From NCBI GenBank assembly GCA_964534145.1, contig CAZHNU010000005.1:29234-93233 (forward strand): DNA of 64,000 bases. Direction: 5' to 3'. Under the pieces are notes generated by a model. That model made no database searches, was not told where the DNA came from, and was given only the letters and a program-made list of their open reading frames with translations. This DNA is from an uncultured Methanotrichaceae archaeon (GTDB lineage Archaea; Halobacteriota; Methanosarcinia; Methanotrichales; Methanotrichaceae). Made by a program: the position numbers and the translations under genes. This document shows positions 39,543-49,426 of this stretch, piece after piece. The first letter of the stretch is position 1. Every line of letters begins with the position of its first letter.

Positions 39543-39773
39543 ATGAATCTGGTAGGTTTCATCCAGAACCGTCCAGGCGGTAGTGTTCTGGTGATCGCCG
39601 AGCTCGATAAACAAGATCAGATGCCCGATAAGCAGGATGCATCAACAGAAGAAATTCATGGGCTCAGATTAGATATGAAGGATCATATGGACATGAGGTT
39701 TAGGCGTATTGAGGCAGACCTTGCCGAGCTAAAGGAAATGAAAGCAGCTCTAAAAGAGAAGGGCATAATTTGA
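39543..39773 (+). CDS. Small hypothetical coiled-coil protein
   Basis: 76-aa ORF with a C-terminal heptad-like RIEADLAELKEMKAALKEKG. No clear RBS. Confidence 0.3.
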   Translation: MNLVGFIQNRPGGSVLVIAELDKQDQMPDKQDASTEEIHGLRLDMKDHMDMRFRRIEADLAELKEMKAALKEKGII

Positions 39774-40237
39774 TAGGCGCGATTTTCAGGCAATTATTTG
39801 GCATAATTATAACTCAAACTGCCTCTTGAACGAGGCGGCGCCACAGGAGATTTCACGCGCATTCAGGTAGTTGCCCTTCCGGAAGAGTTGAAGATCTGGA
39901 TTAAGATTCCGGGCTACCAGGATTGGATCGTAATCGATTTAAAGGGACTATTTCTGCACCAATAGTGACTGGATTTTCCTTTGAGGCGAAAGGCTTATAT
40001 CTCGGCAATCAACGTATATAGTACATGGCAAAGGTCGAAAAGCTTGTTTCGTTCCCTCCTACAAATAAAGACTTTTGCCTCCCTCCTTATCATCCTATCA
40101 ACTGATATCTTCATCAATTGTATCTGTAGAGGAGATAGCAATGAGCCGCTATCAATGAGCCGCTACGGATGTCTCAAATCCCGGTTCCCTCAGGTTTCGG
40201 TTTCTTCCTCTTCCGGTTTCTTCATCCTCTGGATCCC

Positions 40238-40999
40238 TCATCTTCCGGTTCCAAGAGCAACCGTCCTCTTTCCAATGAGATCAAGCGTTGAGGTCTGTCC
40301 CGATAGAACAAGTATCACCCGCGGAGGTAATCCATAGCCCGCCTTAGATGCGTCCACGCGGTGAAGTCCGGGATTCAGGTTGATTCTATAGTACCCTTGC
40401 TCATCGCTGGTAGCAGCCGTTCTAAAGCCATCTATGGTTATTGCAGCCATTGGAATAGGTGCCCCGCTTTGATCAACGATCCTGCCCTGGAGCAGGCCGG
40501 TGCCCCCGCCGAGATATCCTGAATATAGCTGAGCCGGGACGGGCTGATTTCCTGCAAGCGATTGATTTCCAGCAAGCGATTGATTTCCTGCAACCGGCTG
40601 AAATATCGACTGAGCCGGCGGCAGCTGTGTGCCCTCTGCATAGCCTGTGATCTGCGGAGCAACCGATGCATTTTCTGCCCATACCCTCGCCGCGGATGAT
40701 GTAAAGCTGTATCCGGCAAGCTCGGCCATTATGGTGTAGTTTCCCGGAGGTACGCTAAATCCATAGTGGCCGGTGACATTGGTAGTCGCATTAATTGCCT
40801 CGGCGGCATTTGCCACTCCGCCATCTACCCCGACAGTCCAGACTGTTACTCCCTGCATGCCTCGTCCTGTTGCATCAACCACCTGTCCGGCCAATCCAAA
40901 ATTTATCGGGCCTGAAATCGGTTCTGTAGTATTCTGAGAGCTGGCAGTTCCCATCAGGAAAAAAACCAAAACCAATCGAGCCAGATGCCATATCATCAT
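40238..40999 (-). CDS. Secreted protein with two carboxypeptidase-regulatory-like (CarboxypepD_reg) domains
   Basis: Signal-like N-terminus. GQVVDATGRGMQGVTVWTV...TGHYGFSVPPGNYTIMAELAGY and GRIVDQSGAPIPMAAITIDGFRTAATSDEQGYYRINLNPGLHRVDASKAGY, with an AGNQSL x3 linker. Confidence 0.65.
   Translation of the reverse strand: MMIWHLARLVLVFFLMGTASSQNTTEPISGPINFGLAGQVVDATGRGMQGVTVWTVGVDGGVANAAEAINATTNVTGHYGFSVPPGNYTIMAELAGYSFTSSAARVWAENASVAPQITGYAEGTQLPPAQSIFQPVAGNQSLAGNQSLAGNQPVPAQLYSGYLGGGTGLLQGRIVDQSGAPIPMAAITIDGFRTAATSDEQGYYRINLNPGLHRVDASKAGYGLPPRVILVLSGQTSTLDLIGKRTVALGTGR
40543..40596 (-). repeat. 18-bp tandem repeat x3 inside a CDS (encodes the AGNQSL/AGNQSL/AGNQP linker)
   Basis: gctgatttcctgcaagcg / attgatttccagcaagcg / attgatttcctgcaaccg. 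Confidence 0.8.
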
Positions 41000-41080
41000 T
41001 TGAATTCCCGGATTATTATTATCCGCTCGATACTTAAAGATATCGCAGTTATTATTTATTTAAAATATGTCAATGGCTGA

Positions 41081-41113
41081 GTCAGGCTTGAGTCAAGCTT
41101 GACTCAAGCTTGA
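41081..41113. promoter_or_regulatory. Three tandem 11-bp units, each carrying the palindromic decamer TCAAGCTTGA
   Basis: tcaggcttgag / tcaagcttgac / tcaagcttgaa. They sit ~85-115 bp upstream of the 40999 start and directly upstream of an AT-rich TATA-like stretch on the minus strand. Confidence 0.45.
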
Positions 41114-41157
41114 AACATGTATTCAAAGCCGGAGACTAACAGTCTTTCAAGTTTCAT

Positions 41158-41883
41158 TTAGTCAAGCCTTACATCAACCTCGGCCGGAACTGTAATGATC
41201 TGCACGGGCTTAATCACAATATTGGAGTTGGCGACAGCGCTGCCGCCTTCTACAGTGTTGATGGCGGAAACGGTAATGCCGGTCACCTCAATGTTCATAG
41301 TATTGCCAAGGCTTCCTCCCCTTGCCGATCCCAGGTTTCCGCTATTTGCGCCGTTCAGGTTTGAATAGAGCTTGGAGTTTACCAGATTCTCGATGTTGTC
41401 CTCAAAGCTTGAGTCCTCTTCTTCATCGCGACCCCCAGCTCCGCCGAAGATCTGCACATCCATGGAGTTGGACAATCCCTGAGGATCAGACTCGCCCTTT
41501 TGAACCTCATCGTAGACTATGTCCCTTTGTTTGACTGAATTTATGGCCTTTAGATCCCCGACCTGCTGCCGCGACCGGGATCCGGTCATCTCAATATCCT
41601 CTTGTTTGGGATTTGAGGAGGGCGCACCGCTGCAAGATGGGCATTTGGCTCCCACCTCGTCCCGCCCGTACCAGGGAAAATAGATCGTGTCGTCTTTAAG
41701 CACGAGCTGGCCTGCGGGCGATTTATCCTGGTGGTGGACGAAATCGGAATGAAAACCTTTTATGTCGTCTATGGCATTAGCCGCATTTGTGGCCTGCCCT
41801 TGCATCATGCCAGAGATCAATGCGAGGCAAATGCATATCGCCGTTAGGCCGAAACTTCGAGGCTCAGATAGGACGGTCTTCAT
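41158..41883 (-). CDS. Secreted hypothetical protein
   Basis: Hydrophobic N-terminus GLTAICICLALISGMM and a Gly/Asn/Ser-rich C-terminal half. I recognise no family. Confidence 0.5.
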   Translation of the reverse strand: MKTVLSEPRSFGLTAICICLALISGMMQGQATNAANAIDDIKGFHSDFVHHQDKSPAGQLVLKDDTIYFPWYGRDEVGAKCPSCSGAPSSNPKQEDIEMTGSRSRQQVGDLKAINSVKQRDIVYDEVQKGESDPQGLSNSMDVQIFGGAGGRDEEEDSSFEDNIENLVNSKLYSNLNGANSGNLGSARGGSLGNTMNIEVTGITVSAINTVEGGSAVANSNIVIKPVQIITVPAEVDVRLD

Positions 41884-42070
41884 TGCACCAACCCTGTTTT
41901 CCAGTTTATTAGTAGATACGAACTTGTTCTATTTAATTTTTCCTGTAATAAAAATGACCTGGCAGACATTGATTGAATTGATACATCTTTTATACATTTC
42001 TTAATTACTATAATTATTACCATTATTTGCGTTGCCCCTTATCGCTAATCTCTCAAAAGTTCTTTCATCG

Positions 42071-42841
42071 CTATTTTTCGGCCTTTTCCAGGTCATTTCT
42101 TGCATCGCGAGCGAAATCCTGGGTCAGGTAGTCCAGGGTCATGGGCAGGGAAAGCTCCAGCCGATCTATGAACTGAATGCCGATCCTTGCAGTCGATGGG
42201 ATGCATTCCAGAAGGTGGCCGCCGACCTTCAGGTCCGATGAGAGGAAATGAAGATGAAGGCCCGGCACATTGAGGGAGGCCATGAAGGATGGCGTGAAGA
42301 ATCCGGCGATTGTTCCCTCTATATCCTTATAATTAAAAGTTGGCTGGTTCCTGGTTACCTCGACAATTGGCCGATAGCAATCCTGCCTTGGCACGGATCG
42401 TGTTTTAATCCTGGAGAACCGGCCTTCTATCCTGACAGCATAAAAAAGGTTGGTGGATGGAAATAGGCCTTGGAGCATTTCGATAAATGAGCTGTGGACC
42501 ATTTCGCCCTGTATTTCCTCGATGCTCATGGGCCTATAAAACGTCACACAGGCAAACGGCGTTAGGGCATCGTCTCCGATGAGCCCAACGCAGCCCTCAG
42601 AGTTGATCTGATAGGTGATGCCGTCGAGCATGACCATCTCGCCGTCGAGATCGTTGAATGTGCCCAGGCCGAAATTGCCATGCTGCTTGACCTCGGCAAA
42701 GGTTATGTTTTCCTCGTAAATCCCCTCAACCAGGGCATTGACAGGCGTGGAAATGTAGATTGTGTTCCGGTTGATGCATTTCGCGCTTTTTGCTTCGCTG
42801 CCTGTAAGGCCGCTTTGGCTGCTGTTCTGGCCAGGACCCAT
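42071..42841 (-). CDS. alsD: Alpha-acetolactate decarboxylase
   Basis: TIYISTPVNALVEGIYEENITFAEVKQHGNFGLGTFNDLDGEMVMLDG..., GTIAGFFTP and PGLHLHFLS. The ATG at 42841 follows GAGGTGG; the ORF-track start is 42880. Confidence 0.85.
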   Translation of the reverse strand: MGPGQNSSQSGLTGSEAKSAKCINRNTIYISTPVNALVEGIYEENITFAEVKQHGNFGLGTFNDLDGEMVMLDGITYQINSEGCVGLIGDDALTPFACVTFYRPMSIEEIQGEMVHSSFIEMLQGLFPSTNLFYAVRIEGRFSRIKTRSVPRQDCYRPIVEVTRNQPTFNYKDIEGTIAGFFTPSFMASLNVPGLHLHFLSSDLKVGGHLLECIPSTARIGIQFIDRLELSLPMTLDYLTQDFARDARNDLEKAEK

Positions 42842-43126
42842 AATCCACCTCTTAACTATTATTATAGATAATAATTCCAATCATTTTGATTGATTCTTCT
42901 TTACACCTATAATATTTATACCTTGTTAGCTGAATAATATGCTCCATTTTTGCTGCATTCACCGGAGTTATCGGGAGCGATTTCTCCATCCAGGTCGGCA
43001 GCGAAAAAAATCGGAGCGAACGTCTTATGTTGATCCATCTATTTTATTTAGAATAGACTTCGCAGAAAATTTTTATTTAATAAGCAAATTTTATATACTG
43101 TCATAGACTATAAAGATGTCTTAAAG

Positions 43127-43525
43127 GTGAGCAGCATGAATAAGAAGGCTATCTGCAAGTACTGCGGAGTAGTAAACGAGATAAATATAGAACAGCTATC
43201 AGCGGAAAGCAAAAGCGATTGGCTTTACTGCGATCTGCCTGTAGGCTTTGAATGGAACCTGCCGGCGGGAAAGATAACGCCGGTTGTTGGAGACCCGATA
43301 TACATCTCAGGCTTTGGAGAGCATCTCTCATGGGAGGAATACCTCCTGAAGTACAACATCGATCCTGAGATTGCGTACCTAAGGATGAGGAAGAGGTCTG
43401 AGCAGGCGGGCAAGCCCCAGAGCGCGAGCCGAAATAAGAAGGCCGATCCCCGACTGCCGATCCAGGTTGCTGCGAGGCCTGTCAGGACTCATGACCTCCT
43501 GGACGATGATGATTGGACCTCCTGA
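43127..43525 (+). CDS. Hypothetical protein
   Basis: 132-aa ORF with a GTG start, an N-terminal CKYCG and a basic/acidic tail. I recognise no family. Confidence 0.4.
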   Translation: MSSMNKKAICKYCGVVNEINIEQLSAESKSDWLYCDLPVGFEWNLPAGKITPVVGDPIYISGFGEHLSWEEYLLKYNIDPEIAYLRMRKRSEQAGKPQSASRNKKADPRLPIQVAARPVRTHDLLDDDDWTS

Positions 43526-43853
43526 GCATTGGACCTCCTCAGCGGCGATTTGAGTTTCCCGAGATATTGGCAGTCGGAAATTGACAGTATTAATTAAGTA
43601 GGACCTGATTGAGGGGCTGTTCGATAATAAATGTCATGAAGCCTAATTTTTTTCCCGGATAATTATCATAGAAAATCATTGTTAAATTTGGAAGATCATT
43701 GACAGTTAACCTGATTCTGTCCTCGCCTTATCAGTCTCAATTATTCTCTACTGGCCTATTTGCGGAGATAGATTCAAATATGCCGCAGGGTCAGTCTCAA
43801 TCCCGCATATCTATATCCTCGATGACCGGATTGGATGCCTTGAGGAGTCTGAA

Positions 43854-44402
43854 ATGAAGGAGAAGATTGAAGAAATTGGTTCGCGGCTTCGTGAACTTCG
43901 AGAGCTTTCTAAGGTTAGCGCTGAGGAGATGGCAGGTCACCTGAATGTGCCTGTAGAGACCTACAATTGCTATGAGGACGGCAAGCTGGATATCCCGGCA
44001 AGCGTTCTCGTGGGGATTGCGCGCAGGCTTGACGTCGACATGGGCCTGCTTTTAACAGGCGAAGAGCCCAAGATGAACGTGTTCACTGTAACCAGGAGCG
44101 GAGAGGGGGTGGAGGTGGAGCGCAGGAAGCAGTATAGATACCAGAACCTCGCCGGGAAGTTCGTCCACAAAAAGGCTGAGCCCTTCATCGTTACAGTTGA
44201 GCCGAGAGCTGGAAAGCCCTCTGAGTACAGCCATCCCGGACAGGAGTTCCATTACGTTTTGGAGGGCTCGCTCAAGATCCATATCCACGACAATGAGGTC
44301 GTGCTAAATCAAGGGGATTCCATATTCTTCGATTCGTCTTACGGCCATGCAATGGAGGCCTTAAACGACCAGCCTGCAAAGATGCTGGTCCTCGTCATGT
44401 AG
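43854..44402 (+). CDS. XRE-family HTH plus cupin-domain transcriptional regulator
   Basis: [52 protein letters not shown] (HTH_3) plus a C-terminal cupin [14 protein letters not shown]...[14 protein letters not shown]. The RBS is GAGGAG. Confidence 0.85.
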   Translation: MKEKIEEIGSRLRELRELSKVSAEEMAGHLNVPVETYNCYEDGKLDIPASVLVGIARRLDVDMGLLLTGEEPKMNVFTVTRSGEGVEVERRKQYRYQNLAGKFVHKKAEPFIVTVEPRAGKPSEYSHPGQEFHYVLEGSLKIHIHDNEVVLNQGDSIFFDSSYGHAMEALNDQPAKMLVLVM

Positions 44403-44430
44403 CGTTCGCGAATTCATGGAGGAGCTAGAA

Positions 44431-46335
44431 ATGTCTTCGCTACTTAGCAGATTCGTTTCCAAAACCGATTACAAGTCCTACGAGGACTTCAAAGAAAATT
44501 TCAAGTTCGTCGTGCCTGAGAACTTCAACTTTGCCTTCGATGTCGTTGATGCTTACGCGGCAGAAAGCCCCGAAAAAATTGCCCTGGTGTGGTGCAACGA
44601 CAACAATGAGGACTTAATCCTCACCTTCGGAGATATGAAGCGCCTGAGCGATAAGGCTGCCAACATATTTAGCAGCTACGGCGTGAAAAAGGGCGATACC
44701 GTCATGCTCACCCTAAAGAGCCGCTGGGAGTTCTGGGTTTGCATGGTGGGATTAAACAAGATCGGAGCCATTCCCATCCCATCAACACATATGCTGAAGG
44801 CCAAGGACTTCGTTTACCGCATCAAAAAGGCAGATTTAAAGATGCTGGTATGCATAGGGGAAAACGGCGTTCCAGCAGAGGTGGATACGGCCCACAAGGA
44901 GCTGGGCGGCATTTCCCTAATAAAGGCACTGGCAGGGGCCCCAGGACAAAAGAGGGCGGGTTGGGTCAACTTGAACGAGCTGCTCGACGCTGCATCACCG
45001 GATTTTAAGAGGCCTGCGGGAGAAGAGGCCACGAAGAACTCCGACGTCGTTTTAGCCTACTTCACCTCGGGAACGACAGGCTACCCGAAGATGGTCAAGC
45101 ACGACATGACGTACCCCCTGGGCCATATTCTGACCGCAAAGTACTGGCAGAACGTGGAGGACGACGGCCTCCACTACACAGTGGCCGATACCGGCTGGGC
45201 CAAGTGCGCATGGGGGAAAATCTACGGCCAGTGGATAGCAGGGACGGCTGTGTTCGTTTACGATTATGACAGGTTCGATGCCGGGCGGATGATGGATATG
45301 ATGGCCAAGTACAAGGTCACCACATTCTGCGCGCCTCCGACCATTTTCAGGTTCATGATCAAGAGCGACATGTCCAAGTACGACTTTTCAACCCTCAAGT
45401 ACGCAGTCACCGCAGGCGAGCCGCTGAACCCAACGGTCTACGAGAAGCTACTGGAGACGACGGGCCTTAGGCTGATGGAGGGCTACGGACAAACTGAGAC
45501 TGTGGTCATGATCGCCAACTATCCCTGGATGACGCCCAAGCCAGGCTCAATGGGCAAGCCCGCTCCGGAGTACGATGTCATCCTGGTTGGAAAGGACAAC
45601 AAGGTCTGCGATGTTGGCGAGGAGGGCGAGATCGTCATCCGAACCGATAAGGGCAAGCCCACGGGCCTGTTTACCGACTACCACCTGGACCCCGATAAGA
45701 CCCAAAATACCTGGCACGACGACTACTATCATACAGGAGACACCGCCTGGAAGGATGAGGAGGGATTCTTCTGGTTTGTGGGAAGGACGGACGATATGAT
45801 CAAGAGCTCCGGCTATCGTGTCGGTCCCTTCGAGGTAGAGTCTGCCCTCATGTCCCATCCTGCAGTCGTGGAGTGCGCAATCACGGGCGTTCCCGATGCC
45901 ATCAGGGGACAGGTTGTGAAGGCAACCGTCGTCCTCACGAAGGGCTATTCGCCATCAGAAGAGCTGAAAAAGGAGCTTCAGGAGCACGTAAAGAAGGTGA
46001 CGGCACCTTACAAGTATCCCCGCATCATCGAGTTCGTGGACGAGCTTCCAAAGACCATAAGCGGTAAGATCAGGCGGGTTGAAATCAGGGAGAAGGATAA
46101 GCCCTATCCGATCATCAACGCCAAGGAGTGCAAGGCATGCGAGAGGTGCGTCACCGACTGTCCGGCCAACGTTCTGAAGATGAGCGATGAGCTGAACGAA
46201 CGCGGCTACAAGTTTGCGGTCTACACCGGAGACGGCTGCATCGGCTGCGGCGCATGCTTCTATACCTGCCCCGAGCCGCTGGCAATTGAGGTCCATATCC
46301 CGCAAAAGGAGAAGGTCGAGGAGAAGGCCAGCTGA
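44431..46335 (+). CDS. AMP-forming (medium-chain-type) acyl-CoA synthetase fused to a C-terminal 2x[4Fe-4S] ferredoxin domain
   Basis: [46 protein letters not shown] and [10 protein letters not shown]. From nt ~46102 the sequence is [12 protein letters not shown]...[12 protein letters not shown]. The ATG at 44431 is preceded by GGAGGAG; the ORF-track start is 44416. Confidence 0.9.
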   Translation: MSSLLSRFVSKTDYKSYEDFKENFKFVVPENFNFAFDVVDAYAAESPEKIALVWCNDNNEDLILTFGDMKRLSDKAANIFSSYGVKKGDTVMLTLKSRWEFWVCMVGLNKIGAIPIPSTHMLKAKDFVYRIKKADLKMLVCIGENGVPAEVDTAHKELGGISLIKALAGAPGQKRAGWVNLNELLDAASPDFKRPAGEEATKNSDVVLAYFTSGTTGYPKMVKHDMTYPLGHILTAKYWQNVEDDGLHYTVADTGWAKCAWGKIYGQWIAGTAVFVYDYDRFDAGRMMDMMAKYKVTTFCAPPTIFRFMIKSDMSKYDFSTLKYAVTAGEPLNPTVYEKLLETTGLRLMEGYGQTETVVMIANYPWMTPKPGSMGKPAPEYDVILVGKDNKVCDVGEEGEIVIRTDKGKPTGLFTDYHLDPDKTQNTWHDDYYHTGDTAWKDEEGFFWFVGRTDDMIKSSGYRVGPFEVESALMSHPAVVECAITGVPDAIRGQVVKATVVLTKGYSPSEELKKELQEHVKKVTAPYKYPRIIEFVDELPKTISGKIRRVEIREKDKPYPIINAKECKACERCVTDCPANVLKMSDELNERGYKFAVYTGDGCIGCGACFYTCPEPLAIEVHIPQKEKVEEKAS

Positions 46336-46405
46336 GTGGACAGGCAAGGATTGGCAGGTTTCTTTGGCAAATTCAGGTTTAGGAAGAATGCTGGCAAAGG
46401 AGAAT

Positions 46406-46464
46406 GCAAGTTAATGCTAAAGCAAGTTAAGGCTAAAGCAAGTTTAGGGTGAAGGCGAGTTCAA
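46406..46464 (+). repeat. 16-17-bp tandem repeat (about 3.5 copies) abutting the OFOR alpha start codon
   Basis: gcaagttaatgctaaa / gcaagttaaggctaaa / gcaagtttagggtgaag / gcgagttcaa-ATG. Confidence 0.75.
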
Positions 46465-47508
46465 ATGGCTTCTCAGTTAGTTGCAGGAAACAGCGCAGTA
46501 ATAGTCGGTGCATTATACGCGGGCTGTGATTGCTTCTTTGGCTATCCAATCACGCCTGCAAGCGAAATACTGCACGAGGCATCGGCTTTTTTCCCTAAGG
46601 TGAACCGGAAGTTCGTGCAGGCTGAATCGGAGGAGGCTGCAATCAACATGGTTTACGGCGCGGCGGGCGCCGGCCACAGGGTGCTGGCAGCATCATCAGG
46701 GCCCGGAATGAGCCTGAAGCAGGAGGGCATAAGCTACATCGCCGGGGCCGAGCTTCCCTGCGTCGTCGTGGATATATGCCGTGCGGGCCCGGGACTAGGG
46801 AACATCGGCCCGGAGCAGTCCGATTATAACCAGGCATGCAAGGGTGGCGGCCACGGCTGCTTCAATAACATAGTGCTCGCACCCGCAAGCGTCCAGGAGA
46901 TGTGCGACTTCACCTACCAGGCGTTTGACCTGGCATTCAAGTACAGAAACCCTGTTGTGATTCTTGCAGACGGTGTGCTTGGCCATATGGTCGAGCCCCT
47001 GAAGTTCCCCGAAAAGGCTATTGAGCCAAAGATCGACGCATCGTGGGCTGTTGGCGGCAGCGCAGCCACCAGAAAGAACCTCATTACGTCAATAGCCCTG
47101 GACTTCGATGAGCTTGAGCTGCACAACCTCAGGCTGCAGAGGAAGTACGAGGAGATAAAGAAGAACGAGGTGGCCTATGAGGGCTATCGGCTGGAGGATG
47201 CAGAGGTCGTTTTGGTCTCTTATGGAATCAGCAGCAGGATAGCCCGATCTGCAGTGGACAATGCCAGGAAGGAGGGAATCAAGGCGGGACTATTCCGCCC
47301 GATCACGCTCTTCCCGTTCCCTGAGAAGGAGATAGCAGCGCTTGCGAGGAAGGGCTGTAAGTTCATCTCTGTCGAGATGAGCAACGGCATGATGAGGGAG
47401 GATATCAGGATGGCTGCAGGCTGTGTCCCCGTGGAGCTTGTGAACCGCTATGGAGGGCGGCTGATCCAGATGGACCGGCTCATGGACAAGATCAGGGAGG
47501 TAACATAA
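46465..47508 (+). CDS. 2-oxoacid:ferredoxin oxidoreductase, alpha subunit
   Basis: [29 protein letters not shown]..., [12 protein letters not shown] and [13 protein letters not shown]. Confidence 0.9.
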   Translation: MASQLVAGNSAVIVGALYAGCDCFFGYPITPASEILHEASAFFPKVNRKFVQAESEEAAINMVYGAAGAGHRVLAASSGPGMSLKQEGISYIAGAELPCVVVDICRAGPGLGNIGPEQSDYNQACKGGGHGCFNNIVLAPASVQEMCDFTYQAFDLAFKYRNPVVILADGVLGHMVEPLKFPEKAIEPKIDASWAVGGSAATRKNLITSIALDFDELELHNLRLQRKYEEIKKNEVAYEGYRLEDAEVVLVSYGISSRIARSAVDNARKEGIKAGLFRPITLFPFPEKEIAALARKGCKFISVEMSNGMMREDIRMAAGCVPVELVNRYGGRLIQMDRLMDKIREVT

Positions 47509-47509
47509 A

Positions 47510-48955
47510 ATGGCGGCAACTGAGAAGATCATAGGCGGACATAAGGGAATTTACGACGAGTTCTCGAGAAAGGGCGGATCGGCAATTACGGCTACCCATT
47601 ATTGCCCCGGCTGCGGCCACGGGATACTTCATAAGCTGATTGGCGAGGCGATGGCAGACCTTGGCATTCAGGATCGCTGCGTGGTCTTGAGCCCCGTGGG
47701 CTGCTCTGTCTTCGCTTACTACTATCTGGACTGCGGCCATATGCAGTGTGCCCACGGCAGGGCTCCGGCGATTGCGACTGGAATCTCCCGAGCTGAAGAC
47801 AACGCCATCGTCATGGCCTACCAGGGAGACGGCGATCTGGCATCCATTGGCTTAAACGAGACCGTCCAGGCAGCCAACCGCGGCGAGAAGCTGGCAGTCT
47901 TCTTCATCAACAACACGGTCTACGGAATGACCGGCGGCCAGATGGCCCCGACGACGCTCATCGGCGAGGTGACGGCCACGACGCCGACAGGCCGCGACCC
48001 GAGGGACATGGGCTATCCAATTCATATCTGTGAGCTGCTGGACACCCTGAGGGCACCGGTCTACATCGAGCGCGTCTCGCTGTCCGACATCGAGCATGTG
48101 CGGAAAGCCCGACGGGCTGTTCGAAAGGCCCTGGAGATCCAGAGGGACAAGAAAGGCTATGCCTTTGTGGAGTTCCTCTCGCCCTGCCCCACAATTCTCC
48201 GGATGGACGTCAAAGGCGTGCAGAGGTTCATCAACGAGCAGATGGAAAAGGAGTTTCCCTTAAAGAAATTCAGGGACAGGTCTGCGGAGGTAGAGCCAGT
48301 CGTCAGGGCAGAGAGCGACTTCTCCAGGCAGTCGCTGGATCAGGCCTTCGGCTGCGGCTCGATGGAGTGCATCGAGATGCTTGAAGATCCTGAGTTCCGG
48401 CTCAAAGGCGTGAAGATCGCGGGATTCGGCGGCCAGGGTGTCCTGAGCATGGGGATGGCGCTGGCCCAGGCGGCCTTCGGCTCAGGAAAGTTCGTCTCCT
48501 GGTATCCGGACTACGGGCCGGAGCAGCGCGGCGGGACATCGAACTGCTCGGTGATAATTTCGGGGCTGCCCATAGGCTCGCCGGTTATAGATCATCCCGA
48601 TGTGCTGGTGGCCTTCAACAGGCCGTCGCTTGAGAAGTTTGCTCCCACGGTCAAGAAGGGCGGTATCATCCTATACGACAGCCTTGCCGGCCAGTTCGAC
48701 GCCCCTGAGGGCGTCAGGGCGATCTCAGTTCCTGCGACCCAGATTGCGGCAGAGAGGGGCGTGCAGCAGGCAGCGAACACGGCGATGTTCGGGGCACTCA
48801 AGCAGGCCGGAGGCCTGGGGCTTCCCAAGGAGGCATACGGAAACGCCTTCAAGGTCACCTTCGCCAAGAAGCCGAAGCTCATCCCCAAGAACCTGGAAAT
48901 CATGGAGGCTGGAGCAGAGGCGGTGAAGGTGCTGGAGATGGTGGCGGGAAGGTGA
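47510..48955 (+). CDS. 2-oxoacid:ferredoxin oxidoreductase, beta (TPP) subunit fused to a gamma domain
   Basis: Beta part: [23 protein letters not shown] and [11 protein letters not shown]. Gamma part (from about aa 295): [21 protein letters not shown]...[17 protein letters not shown]. The RBS GGAGGT lies inside the alpha 3' end. Confidence 0.9.
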   Translation: MAATEKIIGGHKGIYDEFSRKGGSAITATHYCPGCGHGILHKLIGEAMADLGIQDRCVVLSPVGCSVFAYYYLDCGHMQCAHGRAPAIATGISRAEDNAIVMAYQGDGDLASIGLNETVQAANRGEKLAVFFINNTVYGMTGGQMAPTTLIGEVTATTPTGRDPRDMGYPIHICELLDTLRAPVYIERVSLSDIEHVRKARRAVRKALEIQRDKKGYAFVEFLSPCPTILRMDVKGVQRFINEQMEKEFPLKKFRDRSAEVEPVVRAESDFSRQSLDQAFGCGSMECIEMLEDPEFRLKGVKIAGFGGQGVLSMGMALAQAAFGSGKFVSWYPDYGPEQRGGTSNCSVIISGLPIGSPVIDHPDVLVAFNRPSLEKFAPTVKKGGIILYDSLAGQFDAPEGVRAISVPATQIAAERGVQQAANTAMFGALKQAGGLGLPKEAYGNAFKVTFAKKPKLIPKNLEIMEAGAEAVKVLEMVAGR

Positions 48956-49300
48956 GGCAGAAGTGTCCGCTCAGAGATGAGCGGACTACTTATTTTTAGA
49001 TGAATATTTCGCAGCTCGCTGCGGGGCATGTCTGCGCGGTTTAATATCATCCTTCACGCGCGGTGCCAATTGCAATTTTATAGGATAATTCATCAATCTG
49101 AAGGTCATGAACGTTCGTACAACTTGGCCCTGCCTGCTTGGCCAACGATCTCCTCCGGCGGGATAGTTCCATTGATCAGGTTAACCTGGGATTTCATCAG
49201 AGTTGTACAGCCGCTAGTAAATCCTATAAGCTCATAACGAGAAAAATTAAAACACCTGAATTCCGATACAATTGAAGCTCCTGGAAGGTCAGGCGTTCGT

Positions 49301-49426
49301 TTATGTTTTACTTGCTGCCTTCTGTTCCTCTGCAGCCTTTTCTTTCTCTTCTTTCTTGGCTTCCTTCTTGGCGCCTCTATGCTCAGCAGCGCCTACGACT
49401 GCCGCAGTTCTCAATAGTCTTCCCAT
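49301..49426 (-). CDS. Possible 41-aa Lys/Glu/Ala-rich small protein
   Basis: Below the ORF-track cut-off. MGRLLRTAAVVGAAEHRGAKKEAKKEEKEKAAEEQKAASKT is preceded by TGGAGGataacgca. Confidence 0.25.
   Translation of the reverse strand: MGRLLRTAAVVGAAEHRGAKKEAKKEEKEKAAEEQKAASKT

Noticed and set aside
39420-39600. Possible frameshifted acylphosphatase remnant (VRIEIERNEKGFGIG in one frame, then NLVGFIQNRPGGSVLVIAE at the start of ORF 39543-39773)
   Set aside because: The resemblance rests on two short motifs only, and the C-terminal two thirds of the ORF are unrelated coiled coil. That is not enough to call a pseudogene.
40139-40166. Two tandem copies of caatgagccgcta downstream of the CarboxypepD_reg gene
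   Set aside because: There are only two short copies, and there is no spacer-repeat architecture or associated gene. This is probably slippage.
49100-49300. About 66-codon open frame on the minus strand (…YELIGFTSGCTTLMKSQVNLINGTIPPEEIVGQAGRAKLYERS)
   Set aside because: It has no usable start codon except an internal ATG that gives 30 aa, and I recognise no motif. It may be gene debris.
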